A stretch of DNA of 64,000 nt, taken from Candidatus Bathyarchaeota archaeon (GTDB lineage Archaea; Thermoproteota; Bathyarchaeia; Bathyarchaeales; Bathycorpusculaceae). This document shows positions 1 through 10,400 of this stretch, one piece after another. The stretch lies in the NCBI GenBank assembly GCA_963811105.1, contig CAWEPZ010000013.1, positions 32,001 to 96,000 of the forward strand, given 5' to 3'. The notes beneath the pieces were generated by a model, which saw nothing but the letters and a program-made list of their open reading frames with translations, had not been told where the DNA came from and ran no database searches. Both the position numbers and the translations under genes were made by a program. Each line of letters begins with the position of its first letter. Positions within the stretch are counted from its first letter, which is position 1.

Positions 1-963
1 AAATATATCGAATATTCAACGTTCAGATTAAATACATCAAAAAGTCGAAGAGATTCCACAATTTCCAACAGCAAACTTGGGCATTTCTATTTCATTATCA
101 ACCTTACTGGCAATCTGAAGTAATTATGAACTTAAGATAAAATATTAATTTAGTCTATTTTCTGCCTTCACTTTGCTGGGGGTAAGTTGATTACTCGATT
201 TACCATTGATATCATTCCTTTGCCTAACTCAGCAAGAAATATAATCTAACCCTAAGAAAACATTCCAAACTCAGTAGGTCCCATTAAAATTAGTGTTTAG
301 TACCGTTCAAAAAACATTCGAACTAAACGGTGTTACTAAATCTTGAAAACATGACTTAACAACTGTGCTCTGAAAGTGGAAAGAACCTTGCAAGCGAGAC
401 TTTTTCCTGCTGATTCTTGAAACAGTATAAGCGTTAACCCAAAATCTCCCTTTTCTGCAGATATTGGTATGACTATCAAGTATCTCGATGAATTCTGGAA
501 GCGCATGCATATCTGTTTACATAACAGTTTGAAGCCTGATGCTCTTGTCTGGTTTCTTGTCAACTCTATGAGTCTATTTAATCCTGCTAAATGGGCAAAT
601 AACATTATTTACTAAAATATCAGAAAACTAAGCTTCACAAAGTTTGTTAATTTGACTTTGCAAAATCTACTTTGAAATTAACAATCAAGGTTTAACAGCT
701 TTTTCAAGAAACTATAAAACAGATCAGGCATTATGAAGTTTCAAAATTAAAGAGGAGAGAGAAGAAAAAACGAATATAAAAGAAATTTCAATCAAAACAA
801 TCGTAGACGTGCTGAAGAGACGCCCAAATAAGAGGCGAAGCTTATAATATTTATTAACACTCGCGACACAGTAGACCAATCGGAAGAGAGAAGAAAAAAT
901 GAATAATACCAACTTTAAGAAGATGCCAAACTCCCTAGATCTCACAAAGGGGGGCAAATATTC

Positions 964-3774
964 TTGAAACAAAAAAGTATTGCAGCATTAGTTCTACTGA
1001 TTACTTTGATGCTAATTTCCTCAGCGTTCCAAAGCTTTTCCTTTTTATCAAATGTCGCTTCTGCAGCGACAAGTACAACTTTTGGAAACACAACTGTGGG
1101 TGATTTGACTAACTTCGCCGGAAAGGATATGGATGCAAGCAGATTCCAATTAGGCCTTAACGGTGACGTTCAAAGTCTAACTGTTTATTTCGCAGAATCC
1201 GGTTTCTATGCAAAAACAGCCGTTTACAGCGATTCAAATGGTGCTCCTGGAAGCCTAATCACTCAAAGCAGCAGCCAACTCATAAGTTCAACTGGCTGGA
1301 CCATTTTCGCAGTTCCGCTGAAATCACTTCCTGCCGGATATTATTGGCTTACATTTGTCTGTGACGGCTCAGGTGCTTCAAGTAGAATGACATCGACATC
1401 AGCCGGCTTACACACTTGGAAACACGTAGATTATTCGAGTATGTTCACCTCGACTTTTGGAACTCCAAACGGATATGAAGCTACTTCCACAAGCATTTAC
1501 GCCACAATAATTCCCAATTCCCCAAGTCCTCCTCCAACTCCAAGCCCAACACCCACCTCAACTCCCACTCCAACACCGACTCAAACATCCACACCAACAG
1601 CAACTCCCACCAAATCTCCATCACCTTCTCCAAGCCCAACTGGAATCAATTTCATCGTTGTGAATGGCGGTTCAGGATACACAACTCCACATGTTACGCT
1701 CACAGGTGGCGGCGGAATTGGTGCAACAGCAAAGGCAAGAGTCTCCCAAGGCAAAATAATCCAAGTCACATTAACAAATCCGGGTTCAGGATACACCTCT
1801 GCACCAACAGTAACCATAAGGGACTCTAGCCCACGAGCTTACGGAGCTATTGTAATTGGAACTTTCAACGGAGCACCAAATCCAACAGTAACACCTACAC
1901 CCACACCAACAGCCACACCAACGCCCACCCCGACTATTGCACCAACCCCAACGTCCACTGCAACCCCAACTCCAAAACCAACCACAAGTCCCACACCAAT
2001 ACCTACACCCACAAGTTCTCCGATGATATTTGCAGACGGTTTTGAACCTCCAGAAACCAACACACTAACCTCTTGGACCAGCAAAACCGTAGATGCACAA
2101 AACACCCTTGAAGTTTCAACTAATTACGCTGCTGAAGGCATACAATCTTTACATAGCATCGATTATGGCACTAATAATTATTGTGTAGTTGAAAAAACAA
2201 TCTCAGCTTCTGCTACTGAATACGCACGATGTTACGTATACTTCAAATCGTTTTCAAACCCAACTGGAGAAGATCCGTTCACCAGAATCATGAAACTTTG
2301 TAATAGCGGCGGTGACAGCATTGCCTGTTTTGCCATAGTAAACGATAACGGATCGCCTAAGTTTGGATTACATTATCGTGACGACAACCACGTGTTACAT
2401 TACGCAAAAATTGATTCTCCATTACCTGCACTCAATACTTGGTATGATATAGAAATAAAAGGCGTCATGAGCAGTACAGTAGGCGAAGCCCGTCTTTACC
2501 TAAACGGGGTAGAAGTTATAACTATCACTGGCATGGATAATCATTTAATGGGTTCAATGAATGACGTTTTATTTGGTCAACATCGAACTAGTGGAAGCAT
2601 AACAAGCGAAGTTTATCTTGATGCGTTAGCTGTTTCAAAAAGCCCCATTGGACCATTAGGTTCTATGCCTAATCCAACACCCACAACCACACCCATTCCG
2701 ACACCTGTGCCTACAGCAACCCCAACACCAACTCCTGGAACAGGAATAACATGGCTCCACACCTCCGGCACCCAACTCTACAACAGCAACGGCAACCAAG
2801 TAAACCTACACGCCTGCAACATCCTAGCTGACTCAACATGGAGTTCACAAGCCATCATTACGTCAACCGACATAGCCAAAATAAAATCATACGGCTTCAA
2901 CGCAGTAAGACTACACCTCGAATGGTGCTTCCTACAACCAACAAACAGCTACAGCGTAGACACAACCATCTTCACCACCGCCAAAGACAACCTAGGCGCA
3001 AGCATAGACAACATCGTACAATGGTGCGCCGACAATAACATGTATATCATATTAAATCCCCATTGGGGTTCAGGTTTCAATGCTCCAAACTGGGCTCCTA
3101 CATCAAGTGCAGGATGTATAACAGGTGATGATGGTAAAGCAGTTGACTTATTTAGAGACACCAATGTTAAAGCTGGAATATGTTATATGTACAACTATAT
3201 GGCTTCCCGGTATGCATCAAGCTCTAACGTAATTTTTGAAGGATTCAACGAACTACTAACACCCAACAACGCTGACGCAGGACAACCATTCGCCGACTTC
3301 AACAACCAATGGATAAGCGCAATAGAAACAGGAGAAGGATCAAATAACCACATAAAAATCGTTGAAGCACTGATTAATCAAGACTGGGACGTTTTATATG
3401 TAGCTCCATATGTAAATGGAAATCACGGAAATGTAATGATTGCTACACATGATTACAGTCCCATGACAGGTTGGACTGGAAGCTCAGCACAAATCACCAC
3501 TTTAAGAAACAGAATTGCAAGTCAAAAAACACAAGTTAACGCCGCGGGATTCCCAGTTATAGACACGGAATTTGGCAAGAGTCAAGATCAAAGCGCGTTT
3601 GTAACATTCTTCACAACTGAATTAACAGCATTTGCAAATAACAATTACCAAGGTTGGGCAAACTGGTGTTATTGCGGTGATCCATCAATCAATGCTGCAG
3701 GCACTGAAAAATGGAATATTAATAATCCAACTGTACAAGCCAATATCCTGCCAACCCTACAAGCGTACATGTAG
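964..3774 (+). CDS. Secreted multidomain glycoside hydrolase family 5 (cellulase-like) with N-terminal beta-sandwich, Pro/Thr linkers and a jelly-roll (ConA/lyase-like) module
   Basis: Signal peptide; three PT-rich linkers; GH5 motifs GFNAVRL, IILNPH, acid/base IFEGFNE, ATHDY, nucleophile IDTEFG, GWANW. Confidence 0.85.
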   Translation: MKQKSIAALVLLITLMLISSAFQSFSFLSNVASAATSTTFGNTTVGDLTNFAGKDMDASRFQLGLNGDVQSLTVYFAESGFYAKTAVYSDSNGAPGSLITQSSSQLISSTGWTIFAVPLKSLPAGYYWLTFVCDGSGASSRMTSTSAGLHTWKHVDYSSMFTSTFGTPNGYEATSTSIYATIIPNSPSPPPTPSPTPTSTPTPTPTQTSTPTATPTKSPSPSPSPTGINFIVVNGGSGYTTPHVTLTGGGGIGATAKARVSQGKIIQVTLTNPGSGYTSAPTVTIRDSSPRAYGAIVIGTFNGAPNPTVTPTPTPTATPTPTPTIAPTPTSTATPTPKPTTSPTPIPTPTSSPMIFADGFEPPETNTLTSWTSKTVDAQNTLEVSTNYAAEGIQSLHSIDYGTNNYCVVEKTISASATEYARCYVYFKSFSNPTGEDPFTRIMKLCNSGGDSIACFAIVNDNGSPKFGLHYRDDNHVLHYAKIDSPLPALNTWYDIEIKGVMSSTVGEARLYLNGVEVITITGMDNHLMGSMNDVLFGQHRTSGSITSEVYLDALAVSKSPIGPLGSMPNPTPTTTPIPTPVPTATPTPTPGTGITWLHTSGTQLYNSNGNQVNLHACNILADSTWSSQAIITSTDIAKIKSYGFNAVRLHLEWCFLQPTNSYSVDTTIFTTAKDNLGASIDNIVQWCADNNMYIILNPHWGSGFNAPNWAPTSSAGCITGDDGKAVDLFRDTNVKAGICYMYNYMASRYASSSNVIFEGFNELLTPNNADAGQPFADFNNQWISAIETGEGSNNHIKIVEALINQDWDVLYVAPYVNGNHGNVMIATHDYSPMTGWTGSSAQITTLRNRIASQKTQVNAAGFPVIDTEFGKSQDQSAFVTFFTTELTAFANNNYQGWANWCYCGDPSINAAGTEKWNINNPTVQANILPTLQAYM

Positions 3775-5626
3775 CAACCGTCAGCGAACTCGTAAACACC
3801 CGAGTTCGCAAAGTACCCTTTTTTGCATAACTTTGCACGGTTTTATTGAAAAGAATATCAAAACATTTTGCATTATCATTAGATCTCCGTTCCCTAAACA
3901 TGCAAATAGTTGGAAAAATAATATTGTACCAGAAATTTTGAGAATTAACCTATCCGTTTTTGACTAGGCGATCTTTAAAAAAAACAAATTGGGGTTTAGC
4001 TCACTGGCATCGAGTTTCTGAATCAAAGCTCATCTCTTTGCCAATCACTTGTAAACAATAGCCTGATGTTGTCTTAAAAGGCGAATGCAATGCATCAGAA
4101 GCATAAAACTCGACAAGAAGAATCCCGCGATTGAAAGTAGTTACTCACCCAGTTTGCTAGATTTGGCTGGTCAAGCAAAGGTAATAATATCAATAACTAG
4201 TTCAGTTTTCGGGCCTGTTCTCCTATTAATTGCTAACGGGAACAGCGATGGCCTGAAAAGACACAAATGTTAAGAATGCTGGAATTCTATCCTTTAACAC
4301 TTGAGGTTCAGCCAAAGGGGTCAACAAGCTATATTCCCATTCAGAATGGACTTGCAAAATAAAAGATTATTTGAAAAAATGCTGAAAATGACTAGACCAG
4401 ATCAAAAAAGCATATGAAAAGAAAAGCAGTAAAGGTTAAACGAGACAAAAATCTTAATTAAGCTAAAAATAAAATTCGAGTTGGCGATTGATGACTCCAT
4501 TGATAAGCAAGCATCATAGAAAAACATTGGCTAACACGAACTTCTTTGTTTCTTGCGGAAGCTGTCTATAGTGGTGACAATACCTTGCATTATTAAAGGC
4601 ATATTCTATCTTTGTTTTAGTACTCAAACAATCTCTCATGAAAAATATCGATCCCAAAAAGAAGCATTGTCAACAAAATCAGCGTGGCGTTCTCTTTTCG
4701 CGACGCCTACTGTCAAACTTAGAATAAGAAAGAACAGACTCCCCACTAGGGTAATAGCAATTGTTGTTTTAATATTATTGTTCTGCATGGTAGCTTTCAC
4801 AGTTTTAGGTCCAACCGTATCTCGCCTTTTTTCGAATTCCACATCGACTACTACACCAACTGCAAATCCCAACCAAACACCAATACCAATCTCTTCACCT
4901 ACTACAAATCCTACACCAGCGACAATAGTAACTACAACCCCAACCTCAGTTCCAACATCTTTGCCTACAGCAACCCCAACACCTACTCCTGGAACAGGAA
5001 TAACATGGCTCCACACCTCCGGCACCCAACTCTACAACAGCAACGGCAACCAAGTAAACCTGCACGCCTGCAACATCCTAGCTGACTCAACATGGAGTTC
5101 ACAAGCCATCATTACCTCAACCGACATAGCCAAAATAAAATCATACGGCTTCAACGCAGTAAGACTACACCTAGAATGGTGCTTCCTACAACCAACAAAC
5201 AGCTACAGCGTAGACACAACCATCTTCACCACCGCCAAAGACAACCTAGGCGCAAGCATAGACAACATCGTACAATGGTGCGCCGACAACAACATGTACG
5301 TTATCTTCAATCTTCACTGGGGAGGAGGCTTCCAAGCACCAAGCTGGGTTCCAAAAGTAACTATGGCAAACGGATGCACAACAGGACAAGATGGCAGAGC
5401 AGTCGACATTTTTGGAGACGCGAACGTCAGAGCTGGAATTAGCTACATCTACAATTATATGGGTTCCAGATACGCAACAAAACCCAACGTAATCTATGAA
5501 GGAATCAACGAACTACTAACACCCAACAACGCTGACGCAGGACAACCATTCGCCGACTTCAACAACCAATGGATAAGCGCAATAGAATCAGGAGAAGGAT
5601 CAAACAACCACATAAAAATCGTTGAA
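2708..5626 (+). repeat. Two near-identical tract pairs between the GH5 paralogs: 2708-3044 = 4962-5298 and 3237-3366 = 5497-5626
   Basis: Direct comparison: about 5 mismatches in 337 bp and about 3 in 130 bp; the intervening sequence is clearly diverged. Confidence 0.9.
3784..3824 (+). terminator. Hairpin plus T-run after the first GH5 gene
   Basis: Perfect 9-bp stem GCGAACTCG/CGAGTTCGC with 8-nt loop, then a T6 run, 10 nt after the stop codon. Confidence 0.6.
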
Positions 5627-6055
5627 ATCCTAATAAACCAAAACTGGGACGTCCTTTACACACTCCCATACGTAAACGGAGAACACCAAAACGTAATGCT
5701 AGCCACACACGACTACAGCCCCATGACAGGCTGGACTGGAAGCTCAACGCAAATCTACATTTTAAACAACAGAATCGCTAATCAAGAAGCACAAGCACAC
5801 GCAGCTGGATTTGCCATTATATGCACTGAATTCTCTAAAAGCCAAGACCAATCCACCTTCCTGTCATTTTTCAATACCGAGCTGAATGCCTTTGCCAACA
5901 ATGACTATCAAGGATGGGCTTACTGGTGTTACTGTGCCGACCCAACGGTTAACTCATCTGGATCTTCGAAATGGAACATCTGCAACACAACTATACAAAC
6001 CAACATCCTACCTACCCTGCAAACATACATGAAACAACCTTCCGCGACCTCGTAA
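4553..6055 (+). CDS. Membrane-anchored or secreted GH5 glycoside hydrolase, paralog of 964..3774 (true start probably downstream, e.g. TTG at 4667)
   Basis: Hydrophobic N-terminal helix, PT linker, GH5 motifs IYEGINE and ICTEFS; long near-identical DNA tracts shared with the first GH5. Confidence 0.85.
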   Translation: MRKLSIVVTIPCIIKGIFYLCFSTQTISHEKYRSQKEALSTKSAWRSLFATPTVKLRIRKNRLPTRVIAIVVLILLFCMVAFTVLGPTVSRLFSNSTSTTTPTANPNQTPIPISSPTTNPTPATIVTTTPTSVPTSLPTATPTPTPGTGITWLHTSGTQLYNSNGNQVNLHACNILADSTWSSQAIITSTDIAKIKSYGFNAVRLHLEWCFLQPTNSYSVDTTIFTTAKDNLGASIDNIVQWCADNNMYVIFNLHWGGGFQAPSWVPKVTMANGCTTGQDGRAVDIFGDANVRAGISYIYNYMGSRYATKPNVIYEGINELLTPNNADAGQPFADFNNQWISAIESGEGSNNHIKIVEILINQNWDVLYTLPYVNGEHQNVMLATHDYSPMTGWTGSSTQIYILNNRIANQEAQAHAAGFAIICTEFSKSQDQSTFLSFFNTELNAFANNDYQGWAYWCYCADPTVNSSGSSKWNICNTTIQTNILPTLQTYMKQPSATS

Positions 6056-6646
6056 TACCAAGTCGAAAAATACCCTCTATTTCATAAGACTCTTCACGGT
6101 TTTGCATGAAGAAAATAAGCCGTCAGCGTATCAACAGCTGAGTATGCCTCACTTTAGGCGACGTTTTCATCATTATCACTTTCGCAGTCGCATCAATTTT
6201 GATCCGAATAATAAACAATGGTGACTTAGACAATCCCCCAAACATGGCAAGCGGACTCGGACCACTAAGTAAAGTAATCAAAGACATACTAAACCTTTAA
6301 AAAAAATAAGCATGCGGAGCCAAGTTTAGGTTGCTCGCCATTCGCTGAATCTATTTGGCAGCAGAATAAATGGCAGCACAAAAAAATAGAAATATTCCAG
6401 GATAAATTGTTTGCCTAGAAAGCATCGAGTTGGGGTTGTCTGCTTTGGTATTCAGTCCTGTTTTCGGTGGTTATTTTTTCTATTGTTTTTGGCGGTGATG
6501 TCGTTAACATTAGTTTATCTTACTTTCATTTCGTATTGCGCTAAAAACTGAGTAAGAAAGAAGAAAAAGTTTTCCTGCGATCTGACAAGTTTTCTTCCTT
6601 TTGTTCTATAGAATGAGAAATTTAACGTCTTGTATATTATCGGAAG

Positions 6647-6994
6647 TTAAGTTTTTGGAAAAGGGTTATTCTCGAATGGGTAATACTTGACTCTGTTTTT
6701 ACCAGCATCTTCATTCAGCAGATCTACTATTCCTTGCTGTCTTTTAATAAACTCCATGCCTTTTGGTGTGGCTCTATAGATTTCTCTTCCGTTGCAGTTA
6801 AATTTTTCGAGAAGATTATTTTCCTCTAGAATAGAGAGGTACTTTACAAGTAGGGTAAAACTGAGGTTGGCTTTAGACTTAATTTGAGTTTTCAACGCGC
6901 CTTTTTTGGCGATGCCTGTAATTTCTGTCATTATAACAAGTTTGTCGCGCCTTTTCGGCTTATTTTCCTTTAGCTCTATTAAAGTCATTAACAA
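6647..6994 (-). CDS. Winged-helix transcriptional regulator, HTH_45/COG3432 family
   Basis: KRRDKLVIMTEI...GALKTQIKSKANLSF...KYLSILEENNLL...YRATPKG pattern. Confidence 0.85.
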   Translation of the reverse strand: MLMTLIELKENKPKRRDKLVIMTEITGIAKKGALKTQIKSKANLSFTLLVKYLSILEENNLLEKFNCNGREIYRATPKGMEFIKRQQGIVDLLNEDAGKNRVKYYPFENNPFPKT

Positions 6995-7334
6995 TTTCCT
7001 TCTTTACTTCGTTTTCATAGTTAGCTTGGACGATTTTTATTATAAGGCATGTTTCGTTCGCCGCATTATTTCGGATCTTGTAATATAGGCTTTGACAAAC
7101 CAAAGATAACTGTAACTTGCATCTACAGTTTGCTGGTTTTTCATAGGGTAGTTACGCTAATACTGATCTTTCTTGAAAAAACTCGAGGAAAGAACCCAGA
7201 GTTGAAAAAAGCACTCTTATGACTTAGTCCATTCAACCAAGAGCACTTTACTAAGCATCGAACTTTGTTATTTCTGAGACATTGCTTCTGTTATTGAAGG
7301 TATTTTCGACTGCCTATCATATTTCCTATAATGT

Positions 7335-7462
7335 AACATCCTGCCAACCCCGACAAGCCTACATGAAGCGACCTTCCGCGAGCTCGTAAACACCCGAACT
7401 CGCAAACTCCCCTTTTTGCATAAGCTCACAGTCAGCAAGTTTCTGAATTAAAGCGCATCTCT
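7335..7462 (+). pseudogene. Relic third copy of the GH5 3' end with its hairpin and downstream flank
   Basis: aacatcctgccaacccc..caagcctacatgaagcgaccttccgcgagctcgtaaacacccgaactcgc matches 3742-3830 and 6002-6085; 7422-7462 matches 3998-4040. Confidence 0.7.
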
Positions 7463-10400
7463 TTAGCTTGTTAGTGTTGGTTTGCTTGGGGTTGTTCCGC
7501 TTATCCAATGCCAGCCAGAGAAACTTTTTGTGTTAAGGTCCAGGTTACTTTGCCAAAGTGTTGTGCCGTCCATGCCAACAACGATGACATAGAGGTTGTC
7601 GCCTATCATTGTTGCAGCTGGGCTTTCATAAGTTGAACCGTCTGGCAGACCTGCCCACCCTTGCCATGCCCCATCAGTGTACTGGTTAATGTAGATGCTA
7701 TTGTCTGATCCTCTAACAACCATGCAGTAACCATTTCCATTTTGCCAAGCAGCCAAAGTAGGCGAAGACGTAACAGAGCCAGGAATCCAACTCCAACCAG
7801 AAAACACACCCGAAACAACATTAACACTAGCCTGCCACAGCGAGTTCTGAGCAGATAAGTCAGAAGCACTATAGCCCCTCACAACCACAGTAAGCACATC
7901 ACCCTCCATCACAGCAGCAACCTTATCACAAGTAGACCCACTGGCAAACACTCTCCAATCACCCCACGACCGCGCCTGAACCGAATACACACAATAGTAC
8001 ACACTATTATCAGCACCCCGCACAACCAAAGCCACTACATTACCATTAGAAGCCAAAGTAGGCGGAGAAGGAGTAGTTCCACTAATCCAAGACCAACCGC
8101 TAAATACGTTACTGTTTAAGTCAACATAGCCATGGTAGAGCGACTCGCCATCCATACCTCGAACCACAATATGCAACTCATTCCCACAAACCACCGCAGC
8201 CGGACTATCCAAAGTTGAACCAGGCAAACCAACCCAACCGCCCCAAGTATCAGAAGCAAAATCATAACTTCGATAATAAACAGTATTATCAGCACCCCGC
8301 ACAACCAAATCCGCACTACCAGTCGAACCGGTGTTAATCGCAAACGTCGCACCAATAGACCCATCAGCAGAAACCGCACTAAACTGGTAACTTTGGCCAG
8401 CAGGAGTATTGACAGCTACCGGTAATCCATTAACCGTTATGCTTGCGATGTGGTAACCAACATGTGGAGTAATCGTGTAGGTTGGAGTAGCGCCATAGTT
8501 AACAAACCCTGTTCCAGGAGAAATCCCGCCGTTAGCACCCGCAGTCACAGTAATAGTATATGTGTTAATCGCAAACGTCGCCGCAATTGTGTGTTCTGTT
8601 TGGACATTGACAAAAGTCCATGATGCCTGAACACCCTTAGACACACCATCAACAACCACATCAACAATGTGATAACCGAGGTTAGCCGCGATCGATGAAG
8701 GTCTTATCAGTACCATAGGTAACGCTGACAGATCCACTGGGGTTAATAGAGCCGCCAGATCCAGCAGAAGCAACAATCGTACCTGTAGTTTGTACTGTAA
8801 GAGCCATCGAAGTTTCCTTTGTGTTTCCACCCATGTCAGTGACTAAAGCGTAGATAGTGTAGGGGCCGTCAGCAAGACCAGATACGCCATATGTCCAGTG
8901 AGCCCAAGAATCAGAGGTTGCAGCATCCTGATAAGTACCAGTTGCGCCGACCTTGAATTGAACCTTCAAAACAGCAGCGCCATCTGAAGCTGTACCTGAA
9001 ACAGTGAAACTGCCAGAGTGCAAAACCGCATTGTTAATCGGCGATGTTATTGCTACAGTGGGATCGCTCTTGTCAAGCTTTATGTTTAAGAGAGTATGAT
9101 GAACCTCAACATTTCCAGCTCTATCAACACTCCAGTACTCCAAAGAGTTAGCTGCACCTTCAACCGTAATTATTGGCTGACCATTCGCGCTAAGAGTCAT
9201 TGTGGTTCCGCCGTTGATCTTATAGTAAGTTTCAGAGACACCGCCAATATCAACTGCAGTTAAGGTTATTGTGAAGTCGCTAGTATGCCAAAGACCATTA
9301 TAATTATCACTTGTTGTAAACAGTTGAGATCCACCAAAATTCAAAGTAACTGGACCAATGGGCAAAATAGAAACCGAAGGAACAACATTCACCGTAACAG
9401 AAGCCGCATTAGAGAGAGCCGACGTAATGCCTAAACTGTCAGTAACACGCACTGTAATGGAAGCGGAACCTACAGAAACAGCATCATAACTAAACGTTAC
9501 AGCAGCACCACTCTGGAAAAGACCGCCATTCACATACCACTGATAATTCGAGTAGACACCTGAGCCACCAGCAGCAGTAGCAGTAAACACCTTAGACTGC
9601 CCAACATCCAAAATCGCCGAAGTAGGCGTAACTGAAACCGAAGGAACAACATTCACCGTAACAGAAGCCGCATTAGAGAGAGCCGACGTAATGCCTAAAC
9701 TGTCAGTAACACGCGCAGTAATAGAAGCGGAACCTACAGAAACAGCATCATAACTAAACGTTACAGCAGCACCACTCTGGAAAAGACCGCCATTCACATA
9801 CCACTGATAATTCGAGTAGACACCTGAGCCACCAGCAGCAGTAGCAGTAAACACCTTAGACTGCCCAACATCCAAAATCGCCGAAGTAGGCGCAATAGAA
9901 ACCGAAGGAGCACCAGTCACTGTGAAACTATTGCTTGTTCCAGTCTTGCCGCCTCCGCTGGCTCCAAGAGTAACACTTGTACCAGAGTAAGAAACTGAAA
10001 CCGTAGAAGTAACTTGGCCGCCACTGGAAATAGTCACAGAAGAAGGATTTACCAATCCGCCGTTAGACTCAGTTAAAGAAACAGAACCAGCCCAACCAGC
10101 AACAATATTGTTGCTTAAATCATAAGCCGTCACTGTAACACTAAAGCCCGTTCCAGTGGATTGAGGACTGCTAATGCTACTAAAACCAAAATGATCCAAA
10201 GCACCTGCGCCTACAGTGTAGGTTGCAGAGGCAGAATTAGAGCTGGCGTCGGTGACAACTACCGATTTGCTCCCGACAGTAGAAGCGGGGACAGTAAACG
10301 TCGTGCCAGCCGGAATATCACCCGAGGCGTCAGTTGTGTGAGAACCACTTAGACTAACTGTTGAGCCAGCAAAAGTAGCTGAAAGCACCGAGTTAGCAGC

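Noticed and set aside
1520-2020. CRISPR-like or tandem DNA repeat
   Set aside because: Degenerate codons of Pro/Thr linkers; no constant repeat-spacer structure
4483-4500. Fluoride riboswitch (TGATGACTCC resembles its 3' end)
   Set aside because: The 5' GGNGATGG..TCNCC stem is absent and the downstream gene is unrelated
2838-5442. His/Arg-rich ORFs 2838..3038 and 5092..5442
   Set aside because: Alternate-frame shadows of the GH5 genes, open only because the tract is T-poor
2708-5626. Diversity-generating retroelement TR/VR pair
   Set aside because: Mismatches are not confined to adenines, both copies are inside intact genes, and no reverse transcriptase is present
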